A DNA stretch of 64,000 nucleotides from Nitrosopumilaceae archaeon. Lineage in GTDB: Archaea; Thermoproteota; Nitrososphaeria; Nitrososphaerales; Nitrosopumilaceae. The notes below the pieces were generated by a model. The model did not search any database. It saw only the letters and a program-made list of their open reading frames with translations, and was not told the origin of the DNA. Made by a program: the position numbers and the translations under genes. The stretch is from NCBI GenBank assembly GCA_965208905.1, contig OZ242365.1, positions 1,696,001-1,760,000 on the forward strand. The letters run 5' to 3'. Below, one piece after another: positions 29,931-39,924 of this stretch. Numbering within the stretch: the stretch's first letter is position 1; each line of letters begins with the position of its first letter.

Positions 29931-30665
29931 TCAAACATTTTTGGAATTTATCATTTTTTCGGTAGACTTGTATGCCTGCTTGGCCATGACTGCAACCATA
30001 CATGCCTCATCCTGCGACCAGTCACTTTCATTATCAAAATATTTGTCAGGTATGGTTGCGATAACATCAATGTCCAAAGGTGGGCGCCGCCCTGCCGGAA
30101 GTAAATTATACAGCACATGGAGGTCGCGCGCGAAGGGGAACTTTATCTTTTGCATACATAGGTTGGCGCGCAGTATATGGTCTATGACCTTCCACGCATA
30201 GAAACACACCATTCTTGGTTGCGACTCAGAATCAATTGTCTTTGAGAACATGTATACTTCTGCTGCCTTTAACCAACCCCTGGCGCTATTTGCGTAGTCG
30301 ATAGCATCGTGTAGTGGTATGTTAAACTCTGCTGACCGGTATAATGTTCTTGAACCATACCCACGCAATACACTATATTCAATCGTACCGTATACATTGA
30401 CATCCTTTAACAATTCTTCATCACATGTGTGTTGTATAATGGTGGCCATCTTTACACCACCTGGTATGCGCACTGTATTACGAATCACATTATGAGGTAA
30501 AGACTCTGGCGTTTTTACTACGTACAATATGTCCAAGTCACTATCGGGCCGCTCGGTACCCCTCACCTGGGAGCCGAATATCGCAAAGTATAACAGGCCT
30601 TCGGGAGGCTCGGCCAGTATATTCTGTTTGATGGATTGTACGGATACGGCGGCGCGTTTATTCAC
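29931..30665 (-). CDS. MNT - HEPN fusion, tandem paralogue
   Basis: FGSQVRG..SDLDI; FPFARDL HEPN-like motif. Confidence 0.8.
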   Translation of the reverse strand: MNKRAAVSVQSIKQNILAEPPEGLLYFAIFGSQVRGTERPDSDLDILYVVKTPESLPHNVIRNTVRIPGGVKMATIIQHTCDEELLKDVNVYGTIEYSVLRGYGSRTLYRSAEFNIPLHDAIDYANSARGWLKAAEVYMFSKTIDSESQPRMVCFYAWKVIDHILRANLCMQKIKFPFARDLHVLYNLLPAGRRPPLDIDVIATIPDKYFDNESDWSQDEACMVAVMAKQAYKSTEKMINSKNV

Positions 30666-31032
30666 TTCAATTACATCCTAGATCGAGTTTACGCTGCTCC
30701 AAAATATCCCGTGCCTCCTCTAAGTCACAACCGTAGTCTACACCATACTTTCCGGCTTCTCTGATTTCATCTAATGTCTTTTCTATACTAGCACAGTCAT
30801 CCACACCTTCGGTGAAATTCTTTATCACGTCAAATTCAACGGTTCTGGGAAATCAACGGGACATGACATGTAGTGGGAAATTAGGGACATGGTTGCGTAA
30901 TAGTTATTTGTACATTACACATGATATAATTTGCCGTATAGACTAGTAGTTAGTTTAATCATTACGTTACCTGCATTACGGCCTCTACAGGTAACATCTA
31001 AGTTTATAGCCTAACTTTCACACCTCCCATCA

Positions 31033-31490
31033 TTGAACCCAGTCGATATGGAGCATATTGAACTAAAGTATCTGAATGAAATCTCATGGTATCTTTCAAA
31101 TGAAAAGGACAAAATCATTAATCTTCTTCAGACAAAGGAGAGAATAAGAAATGACTGGAAAGACAAATTTGACAGAATAGAAAAAAAGAAACAGACTGGA
31201 GAAATGGCAAGGGGTTCTGAAAGGGTGTTTGGAATGTTATTCCCTAACACATGGCGGCCTAACAGCTCACCAATAGGCTCTGATTTTATGTTTGAGACGG
31301 TAGATGCAATCATTCACGTTGATATGAAAACTACACGTTATAGCAACAAAGCAGACCATAGAGGAAAGGTTCCGATAGGTAACAATCAAACGAGTTATAG
31401 TATAAACAACCCAAAGTGTGAATTTAAGGCAAACCTACCTACATTTTATACCATACATGATGAGAGAGAAATCAAAAAGATGTGTGTTAC
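31033..31490 (+). pseudogene. Type II restriction endonuclease (BglI-like), truncated by IS3
   Basis: GSER..SSPIGSDFMFET.DAIIHVDMKT..NQTSY motifs; the frame runs into the IS at 31491. Confidence 0.65.
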
Positions 31491-32737
31491 TGGTGGGGAC
31501 CCCGCTAGAATGAGAACACTCACGTTCATACAGCTTAAAGTCGTAATGGGAGGGATGATGCCATGGTAAGAACAAAGTTTACTCCAGACCAAAAGATCCA
31601 GATCGTTTTGGAATCAATCAAGACCAATATTGGCACGGCCGAGCTGTGCCGCAAGCACAACGTTCATCCCCAAACGTTTCAAGCCTGGCGGCAAAAGTTC
31701 ATGGACGCAGGCAAGTCCGGACTGACCCATCACGGAAAGAAGGATCCGATAAAGGCCATCAAAAAGGAGAACGGCGACCTAAAGCGAATCATAGGGGATC
31801 TGACAATCGCAAACGACGCTTTAAAAAAAACCTTGGAGGCAAGCAACGATTGAACGCGGTAAAAATCATGCAGGAACAACATTTGAGCCTGCGCAAGTCG
31901 CTAGGGTATGCGGGCGTATCCAGGCGCCAATGGTACTACAAACCCAAGCCCAGAGACATGGGATTGAATCCGGATATATTGAGCACTGTGCTAGATACGA
32001 GCAGAAAGAGGCCCACGTACGGCACACGGCGCATGGCGGCCCAGATAACGCGCGATACGGGAATTGTGGTGAACCGCAAGCAGATACAGCGGATATATCG
32101 CAAAATGGGCTACATCCAGCCACAAAATACCAAAAACGACATCATTCGAGCGGGTCAAAAGCTCTTCAAACCCAAAGCCCCACACCAGTTGTGGGAGACG
32201 GACATCACATACATCTGGTGCGGTATAGACGGCTGGTGCTACTGCTTCAACGTAATTGACTGCTTTACGCGCAAGTGGATCGCCTACGCGTTTGATGTCA
32301 ATGCCACACGAGACATTGCAATCACCTCAATCACCAACGCGGTTGCCGCAGAGAAACCTGACTGCTCACAATTACGATTGCGTACGGACAACGGCAACCA
32401 GTATACGAGCCGCGACTTTAGACATGCGGTTCAGGCCCTTGGCATCGGCAAACATGAATTCATCTACAAGAATACGCCGGAGCAGAACGGACATGTCGAA
32501 TCATTTCACAAGACGCTGAAAAAGGAATACATCTGGCCGCACGAGTTTGCGAACTATCAGGAGGCAGAGACGATCATTGCAAAGGCCTTTGTAGATTACA
32601 ACACCGAGAGGATTCATTCCTCTATCGGATACATGACACCAGTAGAATTTGCCGAACAGTTGGAGATGACAAATAAATGATGGAAGATGTATGTAAAATC
32701 ATGCCGAAAACAGTAACATTCTATGGGGTCCACTCCA
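31491..32737 (+). mobile_element. IS3-family element with -1 programmed frameshift (A8 run at 31823-31830)
   Basis: TG..CA ends with TIRs tggtggggaccccgctagaatg / tggagtggaccccatagaatg; orfA HTH plus orfB DDE; no TSD. Confidence 0.9.
31563..32680 (+). CDS. IS3-family OrfAB transposase (frameshift fusion)
   Basis: OrfA 31563-31853; OrfB WETDITY..IDCFTR..RTDNGNQY..NGHVESFHKTLK. Confidence 0.9.
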
Positions 32738-32789
32738 TGAGAAGTCACAAATCATAGAGTTTTTTTAGCGGGAATTTTATACAACCGAT

Positions 32790-33290
32790 GTGCGACCATC
32801 CATACCGGTGGGAAAGAGATTCTTGCCAGATGTAACAATACAACAACTGGAAAGTCTGCAAAACAGGTCTGAGAAATACAAGCGACATTATACTGCAGCC
32901 ATCAGACGAAAAGAAGGGCTGTCAATACGGGAGATAGCCGATGATGCCAATGTGAGTGTTAGCACTGTATCGATGTGGTTGCGAAACATGATGACGCGCG
33001 GCATTGGTGAGGATTATGAGGTCAAACTGGGTAGGCCACCAAAGTTTACGCCGGAACAACTGAATCAGTTGAGTGTCGACATGAGAGAATCCCCTGTACG
33101 GTATGGTCTGGATTCTGCCAGTTGGACATCTCCTGTCGTGGCACAGTATGCCCTTCAAAAGTTTAATGTTGAAATTACACCAGGTTCAATGCGTCGCATT
33201 CTGGTACGTAAACACATAGACTGGCCCGGTTCAGCAGAAGCGATGGGGGCACGGGAAAATGCCCTCAAACCAAATAAAAAAGAAAGATGA
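32790..33290 (+). CDS. IS630-derived HTH/winged-helix fragment (no DDE domain)
   Basis: GLSIREIA..STVSMW..GRPPKFT..W..PVV pattern. Confidence 0.7.
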   Translation: MRPSIPVGKRFLPDVTIQQLESLQNRSEKYKRHYTAAIRRKEGLSIREIADDANVSVSTVSMWLRNMMTRGIGEDYEVKLGRPPKFTPEQLNQLSVDMRESPVRYGLDSASWTSPVVAQYALQKFNVEITPGSMRRILVRKHIDWPGSAEAMGARENALKPNKKER

Positions 33291-34094
33291 TTAGCGTTGT
33301 GTGACACGTGTAGAGCGTGGGTCTGATATGGTGCTCGTGCTGCCGTCGGTGCCCGTCACGGTGATGTATAGTTCGGACGAGGCCGGAACTGTCCGCAGTA
33401 TGTCAAGGACGTCTGGGTTGGAACCGGATGAGATGCCAGTGACAACAATCCGGAATGATTTGGACGAGCCTGCGGTCAAGGTAACCAAGCTATTCTCATC
33501 AATACTCAGCCCTGTAATGGATATCGTGGCGCCGCCGACAGTGCCAACTAGAAAGTGGTAGGTATCGGTATTTGGTTCAGTCGCTGTATCAGTCGCAGGC
33601 GTACCTGCAACGGCTACTGCAGTCCAATCCAGATCGTTCGTGGTCGCAGTAGGCGCGGCAACGGCCGAATCAAGATCTAGAGCAGTCGGACTAAAGTCCG
33701 TTCCGTCGCCCTCCAAACCGGACAGGGTAAGCGTACCGTGCCCGGCGGCAATCGCGCCGTCCTCTATGTTGGCGAGCTGGGCAATGACCAGATCGCCGAC
33801 CGTAATCTCATCTATCGTAACAGATTCCATTATACCACTACCTAGATTCTTTATGTTGCCCGATATCACCAGACGGTTATCATTAGTATATGCGCTTACA
33901 GTCTCAATGACCAGCCTGTCCGTGCCGGTCAGAGAGCCGATATTATCGAATACTCCTCCCATGGCAGCGAACGTCATGGATGCCCCAATGCCGATTAGAA
34001 TCAGTGTTACTATCAGGCCTGATATGGCCGGGCGTCGCAGGTGTTTTTGATTGGCGCCGGCAGGGCCGCGCCAATGTTCTTGTATTTCTGTCAT
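33291..34094 (-). CDS. Archaeal type IV pilin-like protein
   Basis: KHLRRPA|ISGLIVTLILIGIGA class III signal; NIKNLGS beta motif. Confidence 0.8.
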   Translation of the reverse strand: MTEIQEHWRGPAGANQKHLRRPAISGLIVTLILIGIGASMTFAAMGGVFDNIGSLTGTDRLVIETVSAYTNDNRLVISGNIKNLGSGIMESVTIDEITVGDLVIAQLANIEDGAIAAGHGTLTLSGLEGDGTDFSPTALDLDSAVAAPTATTNDLDWTAVAVAGTPATDTATEPNTDTYHFLVGTVGGATISITGLSIDENSLVTLTAGSSKSFRIVVTGISSGSNPDVLDILRTVPASSELYITVTGTDGSTSTISDPRSTRVTQR

Positions 34095-34357
34095 TGCTAC
34101 CTAGCATATATGGGGGGCGTTAAAGGGTTACAGCGGTGGGGTGAGCCCCAGGACCAGTTGATGGCGTACGATACATTGTGGCTATTCCTGAGGGAGTGTA
34201 ACTGCTCCCCAGCGGCGTGATTACAACATAAATAATAGTTCTGCGTAGTTATATTATGGGAATTACACAAGAAGACTACGACCGCATACAGGCGAAGTTT
34301 GACAAATTGTATGAACATGTAGATGCCGCGCGTGCACATATCGCCAGGGCCAACGAA

Positions 34358-34588
34358 CTACTCTCCAAGTAACGCATCAATGTCTTTTTGAATATCGGCC
34401 TCCACTTCCTGCGCCAATTCCAGTTCCTCTACTGCTTCTCTTCGGGCAATATTGGCTGCAATAAATTCACCAAGCTTCTCTGCACAACTGTCATCCAATT
34501 CCTCACAGTTTGCCTCGGCTTCACGAACTATCCTGCGCGCGTCCTCCAACTGCGCATACAGCCGCTCAAGCAACTCTCTGTCTGCCAT
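34358..34588 (-). CDS. Small acidic coiled-coil protein
   Basis: Heptad pattern; promoter box 28 nt upstream. Confidence 0.65.
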   Translation of the reverse strand: MADRELLERLYAQLEDARRIVREAEANCEELDDSCAEKLGEFIAANIARREAVEELELAQEVEADIQKDIDALLGE

Positions 34589-34827
34589 ATTACCATATCA
34601 TGTGAGAGACGTTTAAAGGTTAAACACGTGAACTGTCACAAAATTGCGTGTAGGGCTTGATGGTGGAAACACCAACGATACGTTAGAGTGGTTTGATTAT
34701 GCAGAAACTCTAAGACTGATTATTACGGCGGCAGCACGGAATCATGCAGCCATGCGCGGAAAGTCCTGAAAGGCGAATGACAAACTCCGTCTTTTCCCTT
34801 TTATGCCGCCGCTACACTACACGTATA

Positions 34828-35448
34828 ATGATACCCCGTGCCATTCTCATTGAAGGCCACAAATACCGCACGCCCGGCGGCAACATATATCCCTCTGTAA
34901 CGACCATACTATCCAAGACCAGGAATACTGAGAGCATACGGCAGTGGCGTGATGATATAGGGCATTCGGTCGCCGACTACATCCTACAGCAAGCCGGTAT
35001 AATAGGTACGGAGACGCACCAGCTAAATGAAGATTATCTGTGTGGCAGGCCACAATACACATCAAAACTACTTGCACGGGCGCACCATGAGAATTTCAAA
35101 CCATACTTGAACAAAATAACCAACATCCTTGGCACCGAACTGCCCCTGTATTCAGACATGCTTGGTGTCGCGGGGACCGCAGACTGTATTGCCGCATACG
35201 ATGGTACGCTCAGTATAATCGACTACAAGACCAAACGTACCGCCCAGCAACCTGACTGGATTACCGACTATTACATACAGACTACTGCGTATGGTATAAT
35301 GCTTGAGGAGTTGGCCGGAATAACCATACGGCAGGGAGTCATTCTGGTATCTTCCGAGCAGGACACCATACAGGAGTTCATACTGGACGTGACACCATAC
35401 CGCGTACAATTCCTTGCGCGCCTTGAGCAATACAACAGAAACCTATGA
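34828..35448 (+). CDS. PD-(D/E)XK exonuclease (phage exonuclease/MGME1-like)
   Basis: YPSVTTIL..GTETH..E..AGTADC..IIDYKT..QTTAY. Confidence 0.9.
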   Translation: MIPRAILIEGHKYRTPGGNIYPSVTTILSKTRNTESIRQWRDDIGHSVADYILQQAGIIGTETHQLNEDYLCGRPQYTSKLLARAHHENFKPYLNKITNILGTELPLYSDMLGVAGTADCIAAYDGTLSIIDYKTKRTAQQPDWITDYYIQTTAYGIMLEELAGITIRQGVILVSSEQDTIQEFILDVTPYRVQFLARLEQYNRNL

Positions 35449-35694
35449 CTGGGCAGCGCGGGCACGCGCCTCACTAACTAATACGAATAGACCATAACCC
35501 GATACTGCGGCAGCAACAAGCAATATTATGCCGAGAATCGAAACCGGTACAACCCACTCATCACATACAGTTTCGAAAACACACGCCTCACCGAAGGTGA
35601 AAAATATAAACCCCATAAGGACAGTTGCGGTTCCACAAACACATGCAAACCCAACGGCAAGCACATACTTCACTAACTTATTACTAACCATCAT
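35443..35694 (-). CDS. Small membrane protein
   Basis: Two TM helices; similar to the adjacent gene (KYVLAVGFACVC vs SYVFFTGLVCAC). Confidence 0.6.
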   Translation of the reverse strand: MMVSNKLVKYVLAVGFACVCGTATVLMGFIFFTFGEACVFETVCDEWVVPVSILGIILLVAAAVSGYGLFVLVSEARARAAQS

Positions 35695-36080
35695 TTTAAT
35701 TTCCCCTTTGTTATCTTAAGCATCTGTGTATTACTGAATAATGTGTATGCACCCAAACCCAATGCGAGTAAAGAGACAAGCAATACCATACCTAGAATCA
35801 GCATTGGTGCGTACCACTCCTCACCTACAAAGAATAAAAGTACGGCGATGATACCCACGCCTATACCACCACACATCAACCCACTCCAACCATACATCAT
35901 GGTAGCAAAGAGTGAAAACATACCAATAATCAACAATGGAAATGCGCATAAAGCCCCATCGATTTCACATGCAACGACAAGCTCACTAACAACAAACGCC
36001 AAAAAAACAGTTGTGGTTACACACGCACATACTAACCCAGTGAAAAAGACATACGACAGAAATTGTCTACTAACCCTCAT
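35691..36080 (-). CDS. Four-TM membrane protein
   Basis: Hydrophobic throughout; ATGA-coupled to the RNR gene. Confidence 0.65.
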   Translation of the reverse strand: MRVSRQFLSYVFFTGLVCACVTTTVFLAFVVSELVVACEIDGALCAFPLLIIGMFSLFATMMYGWSGLMCGGIGVGIIAVLLFFVGEEWYAPMLILGMVLLVSLLALGLGAYTLFSNTQMLKITKGKLK

Positions 36081-38806
36081 GCCAAATACCGTCCCACCGC
36101 ATCCGAAGGCACCGGGTCATACTGCACATTACTGCTCTCCAAAACCTGCACATCCCTGGACGTATCCCTATACACCGTGATGCCCCTACACCCAAGCGAG
36201 TGTGCTAATACATACGCATTACGCACGTCCTGTATGGTACAGTTGGCAGCCATGTTTATCGTCTTTGATATGCTGTTGCCCATCCATCGCTGCCATGCAG
36301 CTTGTGCAAATACATGATCCGTCCAGTGTATCTGTCGCGCCGTACAATACACATCAGCATCAGGTATCATATCCTGTATCATAACCCCGCCGTTTGCCGC
36401 CACCTGTTGTATAATATCTGGGTGTTTCAGCGACAATACGGGACACCCGTAATGGAATGTGCCGACCGATACGGTCTTTGTGTATGCTAGTGAGAACACA
36501 GGTTCTATGCCGGAACTGCACCCGGCAATCATCGATATCGTACCAGTGGGGGCTATTGTAGTCGTCAATACGTTTCGTATACCGTGTCGTGTAATGTCCT
36601 GCTTTAGCACATCCCAATCCAGTGTGGCGCGATACTCCCACTCATGATATGGATAATCATCACCGGCAAACGGCAATTTTCCATCCACATATGCGGACTG
36701 CCCAAACAACGGGAATGGTCCGTGCGTTTTGGCCAATTGTACGGATTCGGCCATCGAATGATATGATATCCACTCGGCTATCCTGCCAAATATACGGTAT
36801 GCCCCGGCAGAATTATACGGTATACCAAGATGCATCAGCATGTCTGCAACACCCATCACGCCAAGTCCGATACGACGCGTCTCGTTGCTTGCCTTCTCTA
36901 TCTGTACGGTGGGGTGGCGCGTCATGTCTACAACACCGTCCAGCATCCTGGTGCATACACGTATGTCCTCGGCCAAATACTCCCAGTCCAAATCACCACC
37001 ATCAACATACATTGCCAGATTGATGGACCCAAGATTGCATGACTCGTTTGGGTATAGAGCCTGCTCACCACAATTCCCCGATAATATGTAGTCATCCTCA
37101 CCGCACTGCACAAAGTAGTTGTGCGTCTGGTGCACCAGACCGTTGTACACATCAGTCTTGCCGAGCCGTATAATACCCAGTACCGTATGATTCTTCCGGA
37201 ACAGTTTGCCAAACAGACCGCCCTTCTCCGTTTGTACACCGGGTGTTATACCCTCGGACGTCATAAAGCCCTCGGATCTCTTTTTCTCCTTTTTCTTCTT
37301 ACCCTTCCGAGCAACTAGATTCATCGGCAGTATCCCCGGTGTGGGATGACCAGTACCCTCCAGTTGTATCTCCTGTATCTCATTATGCTTGACGCTGACG
37401 CCCATGGTCTGCTCCCAGATGTCATCATCTTTGTATAGGCTGGCCACACTCATACCCGGTGTCAGGTTCTGCACCTCTATCTTCTCCAATTGTGCATCAC
37501 GTATGACGTATACGCTGTGTGTAGGCGTGCAGCGCAGCGCGGTACACTCACCGGTCTGTTCGGAACACAACACCAGACACACTACTTCTGTATTCTGCGC
37601 AGTAATGCCCGGATTCTCCATTATGCGGTATGATAATGAACCATCCTCCTCCCGTGTAACGACCTGTACCTGAGAGGGGCCCAGAGCCAGATCCCGAAAC
37701 GATACGGGTCCATCCTTTGTCAATACCTTCGTTTCGCCTCCCCAACACGGATTGGTGCTGCGCAGTGGCTCACCCCTGGCCTTCTGTAACACGTTGTGCT
37801 TGTTGATGTTATCGAAGAATATTACGCCCGGTTCCGCAGAACGGTGCGCAGATGCGGCAATCTGGTCAAGTATGTTGTTTGCATCACTCTCCCCATTCTG
37901 TATGTCGTCCCAGAACCGTACATCAGTCCCCACTGATATGTTAAAGTTTGTCAGAGCCTGCCCGTGTTTTGCCATGATGAATTTCATGATATCCTTGTGG
38001 TGTACATCAAGTATGCCCATATTGGCGGCGCGTCGCCGACCACCCTGCTTTATGATATCACTCACCCCATCAACAAATCTCATGAATGATATCGGCCCCG
38101 AGGCTGCGGATGCCGTACTTCCCACACGCGCACCTTCAGGCCGCAACGATGAGTAGTTTATGCCCACACCCCCACCTGACTGGAATATCAATGCGGTGTT
38201 TTTTACGGTGTCCATTATGCCGGGCAAATTATCAGGTATGTGAAGCACGAAACATGCAGAGAGCTGCCCCAGAGGAGTGCCCGCATTCATCAAGGCCGGC
38301 GAGTTCGGCATGAATCTCCTGTCCATCATTATGTTATGGTATTGTTGCACGGTCTCACTGAATGAATCCAAGTCGCCCTTCTTCTTCCACTGCTTTCCCC
38401 TGTACGGTATAGTATGGAATGGCGTAATCTTAAACCCATGTATCATATTGGGCGGCTCGATACCACCAAGTATGGGCATTGCCATACACACGGCGACACG
38501 CCCGAACATCTCATGCGGCGTCTCAGTTGGCTTGCCATCACCATCATGCAGAAAGTACCGCTGCTTTAGGACGTGTAGAGCGTTTGATGTAAACCCCGAC
38601 CTGTACGACTTGTATTTTATGGCCTGTGTGGGATATCCCCGCTGTATTAGTTGGTCGGTAACATAATCATGTATAGATACAGCAGAGTCCCGGGGGGCCG
38701 TGATGGCTATCTCTTCGGCCACCTCTATATCGCAGCCGGCCTGTTGCAGACTGTGTTGTAGTTTTTTGGCATCAAAGTCCTCGGTTGTTCCTGTACGTTT
38801 GAGCAT
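36077..38806 (-). CDS. nrdJ: Class II (AdoCbl-dependent) ribonucleotide reductase with ATP-cone and intein
   Basis: PNSPALMN, SACFV, QGGRRRAAN, TNPC/GE, ESCNLGS, TIAPTGTIS, SGIEP, SKTIN, YRD; no R2 gene in the window. Confidence 0.92.
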   Translation of the reverse strand: MLKRTGTTEDFDAKKLQHSLQQAGCDIEVAEEIAITAPRDSAVSIHDYVTDQLIQRGYPTQAIKYKSYRSGFTSNALHVLKQRYFLHDGDGKPTETPHEMFGRVAVCMAMPILGGIEPPNMIHGFKITPFHTIPYRGKQWKKKGDLDSFSETVQQYHNIMMDRRFMPNSPALMNAGTPLGQLSACFVLHIPDNLPGIMDTVKNTALIFQSGGGVGINYSSLRPEGARVGSTASAASGPISFMRFVDGVSDIIKQGGRRRAANMGILDVHHKDIMKFIMAKHGQALTNFNISVGTDVRFWDDIQNGESDANNILDQIAASAHRSAEPGVIFFDNINKHNVLQKARGEPLRSTNPCWGGETKVLTKDGPVSFRDLALGPSQVQVVTREEDGSLSYRIMENPGITAQNTEVVCLVLCSEQTGECTALRCTPTHSVYVIRDAQLEKIEVQNLTPGMSVASLYKDDDIWEQTMGVSVKHNEIQEIQLEGTGHPTPGILPMNLVARKGKKKKEKKRSEGFMTSEGITPGVQTEKGGLFGKLFRKNHTVLGIIRLGKTDVYNGLVHQTHNYFVQCGEDDYILSGNCGEQALYPNESCNLGSINLAMYVDGGDLDWEYLAEDIRVCTRMLDGVVDMTRHPTVQIEKASNETRRIGLGVMGVADMLMHLGIPYNSAGAYRIFGRIAEWISYHSMAESVQLAKTHGPFPLFGQSAYVDGKLPFAGDDYPYHEWEYRATLDWDVLKQDITRHGIRNVLTTTIAPTGTISMIAGCSSGIEPVFSLAYTKTVSVGTFHYGCPVLSLKHPDIIQQVAANGGVMIQDMIPDADVYCTARQIHWTDHVFAQAAWQRWMGNSISKTINMAANCTIQDVRNAYVLAHSLGCRGITVYRDTSRDVQVLESSNVQYDPVPSDAVGRYLA
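37073..37747 (-). mobile_element. Mini-intein (225 aa) in RNR at NP|CGE
   Basis: Starts CWGGETKV; block B CTPTH; ends VYNG..HNYF..ILSGN followed by extein Cys. Confidence 0.9.
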
Positions 38807-38900
38807 TGTCGCAAGGTACGCCGCATGATTCCATTTAAGGCGCTATATGGGTTATGGTATATCTTGGTGTTTTATGCTACCGACAGGCCGCGTGGTATAA

Positions 38901-39470
38901 TCAGTGAAGTAGGGAGCCCACCTTTTTTGGCTGTGTTACATATCTAAACAACGCGCCGGCAACCACTCCGGCCGCAACACCGCCAAGATGCGACACATAT
39001 GATACGCCCGGATCCCCAAAACCAATCATGCTTAGAACACCAAACAACGGCAGTACATTCAGTACCATCACGTAATATACGATGCTTCCTGCGCTGACGG
39101 TCCTATATACAATGGCGGCGCCGAACAGGCCTGATACTGCTGCGCTCGCCCCAATCAATGGAACATCAGTATACCACATATGCGCAACAGCCCCCACAAT
39201 ACCTGCCGTACAATACACAGGTATGATGTATAATCCTGCCTTCCCCTCCATACTGCGCCCAACAATCACCAGCATAAGCATATTGTACATCAGGTGTGCT
39301 ATACCTGCGTGACCGAACATGTATGTGATGATATTTGGAAAGAACTCATTATACGATACGGGCGTGCCGGCCAGCAATTGGTGTATTGTATGCAGGGCGT
39401 TCGGTGTGGTGTATACATAGGCGGCAAATATCAGTACGTTTAGTCCCAGCAGTGAGAGTGTGTATTTCAT
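38901..39470 (-). CDS. Rhomboid-family intramembrane serine protease
   Basis: HAGIAHLMYNM, GASAAV, SHLGG. Confidence 0.9.
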   Translation of the reverse strand: MKYTLSLLGLNVLIFAAYVYTTPNALHTIHQLLAGTPVSYNEFFPNIITYMFGHAGIAHLMYNMLMLVIVGRSMEGKAGLYIIPVYCTAGIVGAVAHMWYTDVPLIGASAAVSGLFGAAIVYRTVSAGSIVYYVMVLNVLPLFGVLSMIGFGDPGVSYVSHLGGVAAGVVAGALFRYVTQPKKVGSLLH

Positions 39471-39540
39471 GTTGATGTATTGTATTGATGGCATATAAGG
39501 AATGGATGGGATTCTATCCCAGATATTAAAAAACTAAATT

Positions 39541-39687
39541 TTAGGTTGGCTTTCCTAGTACTTCCAACGCATCACGCACAGCATCAACCCGCGCGCGCAG
39601 CGTATGGTATTTCTCCTCGGCCTTTTCCAACTGCTTCTCCAGGTTGACAAGCGTCTCCTGTAGTCCTCCTATGGTCTGCGGCTTCAT
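39541..39687 (-). CDS. 48-aa coiled-coil protein (not in the ORF track)
   Basis: MKPQTIGGLQETLVNLEKQLEKAEEKY..; CCTTTAACG box 28 nt upstream. Confidence 0.55.
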   Translation of the reverse strand: MKPQTIGGLQETLVNLEKQLEKAEEKYHTLRARVDAVRDALEVLGKPT

Positions 39688-39924
39688 TGTACAATATGTG
39701 CATCCGTGCCGTTAAAGGGTGTGATGATCACGCAACACACCAGTGATGTTGTTTGATGGCCCGTCATGACGAGAATTTTCACTCAAGCTCATCAAAAGCG
39801 AGATGGACGCGCTCCAGACGCTCATGCACTTCGTCAAGATCACCCTTCAGTCGTTCATACGTGGCATCATCCATGTTACACATTACACCATACGATAGAC
39901 GCCGACAATTGCACAGATCTCACA

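Noticed and set aside
30666-30870. Short acidic minus-strand reading frame
   Set aside because: Interrupted by an early stop and has no recognisable motif.
34828-35448. Cas4
   Set aside because: Lacks the four Fe-S cysteines and CRISPR context; called a phage-type exonuclease instead.
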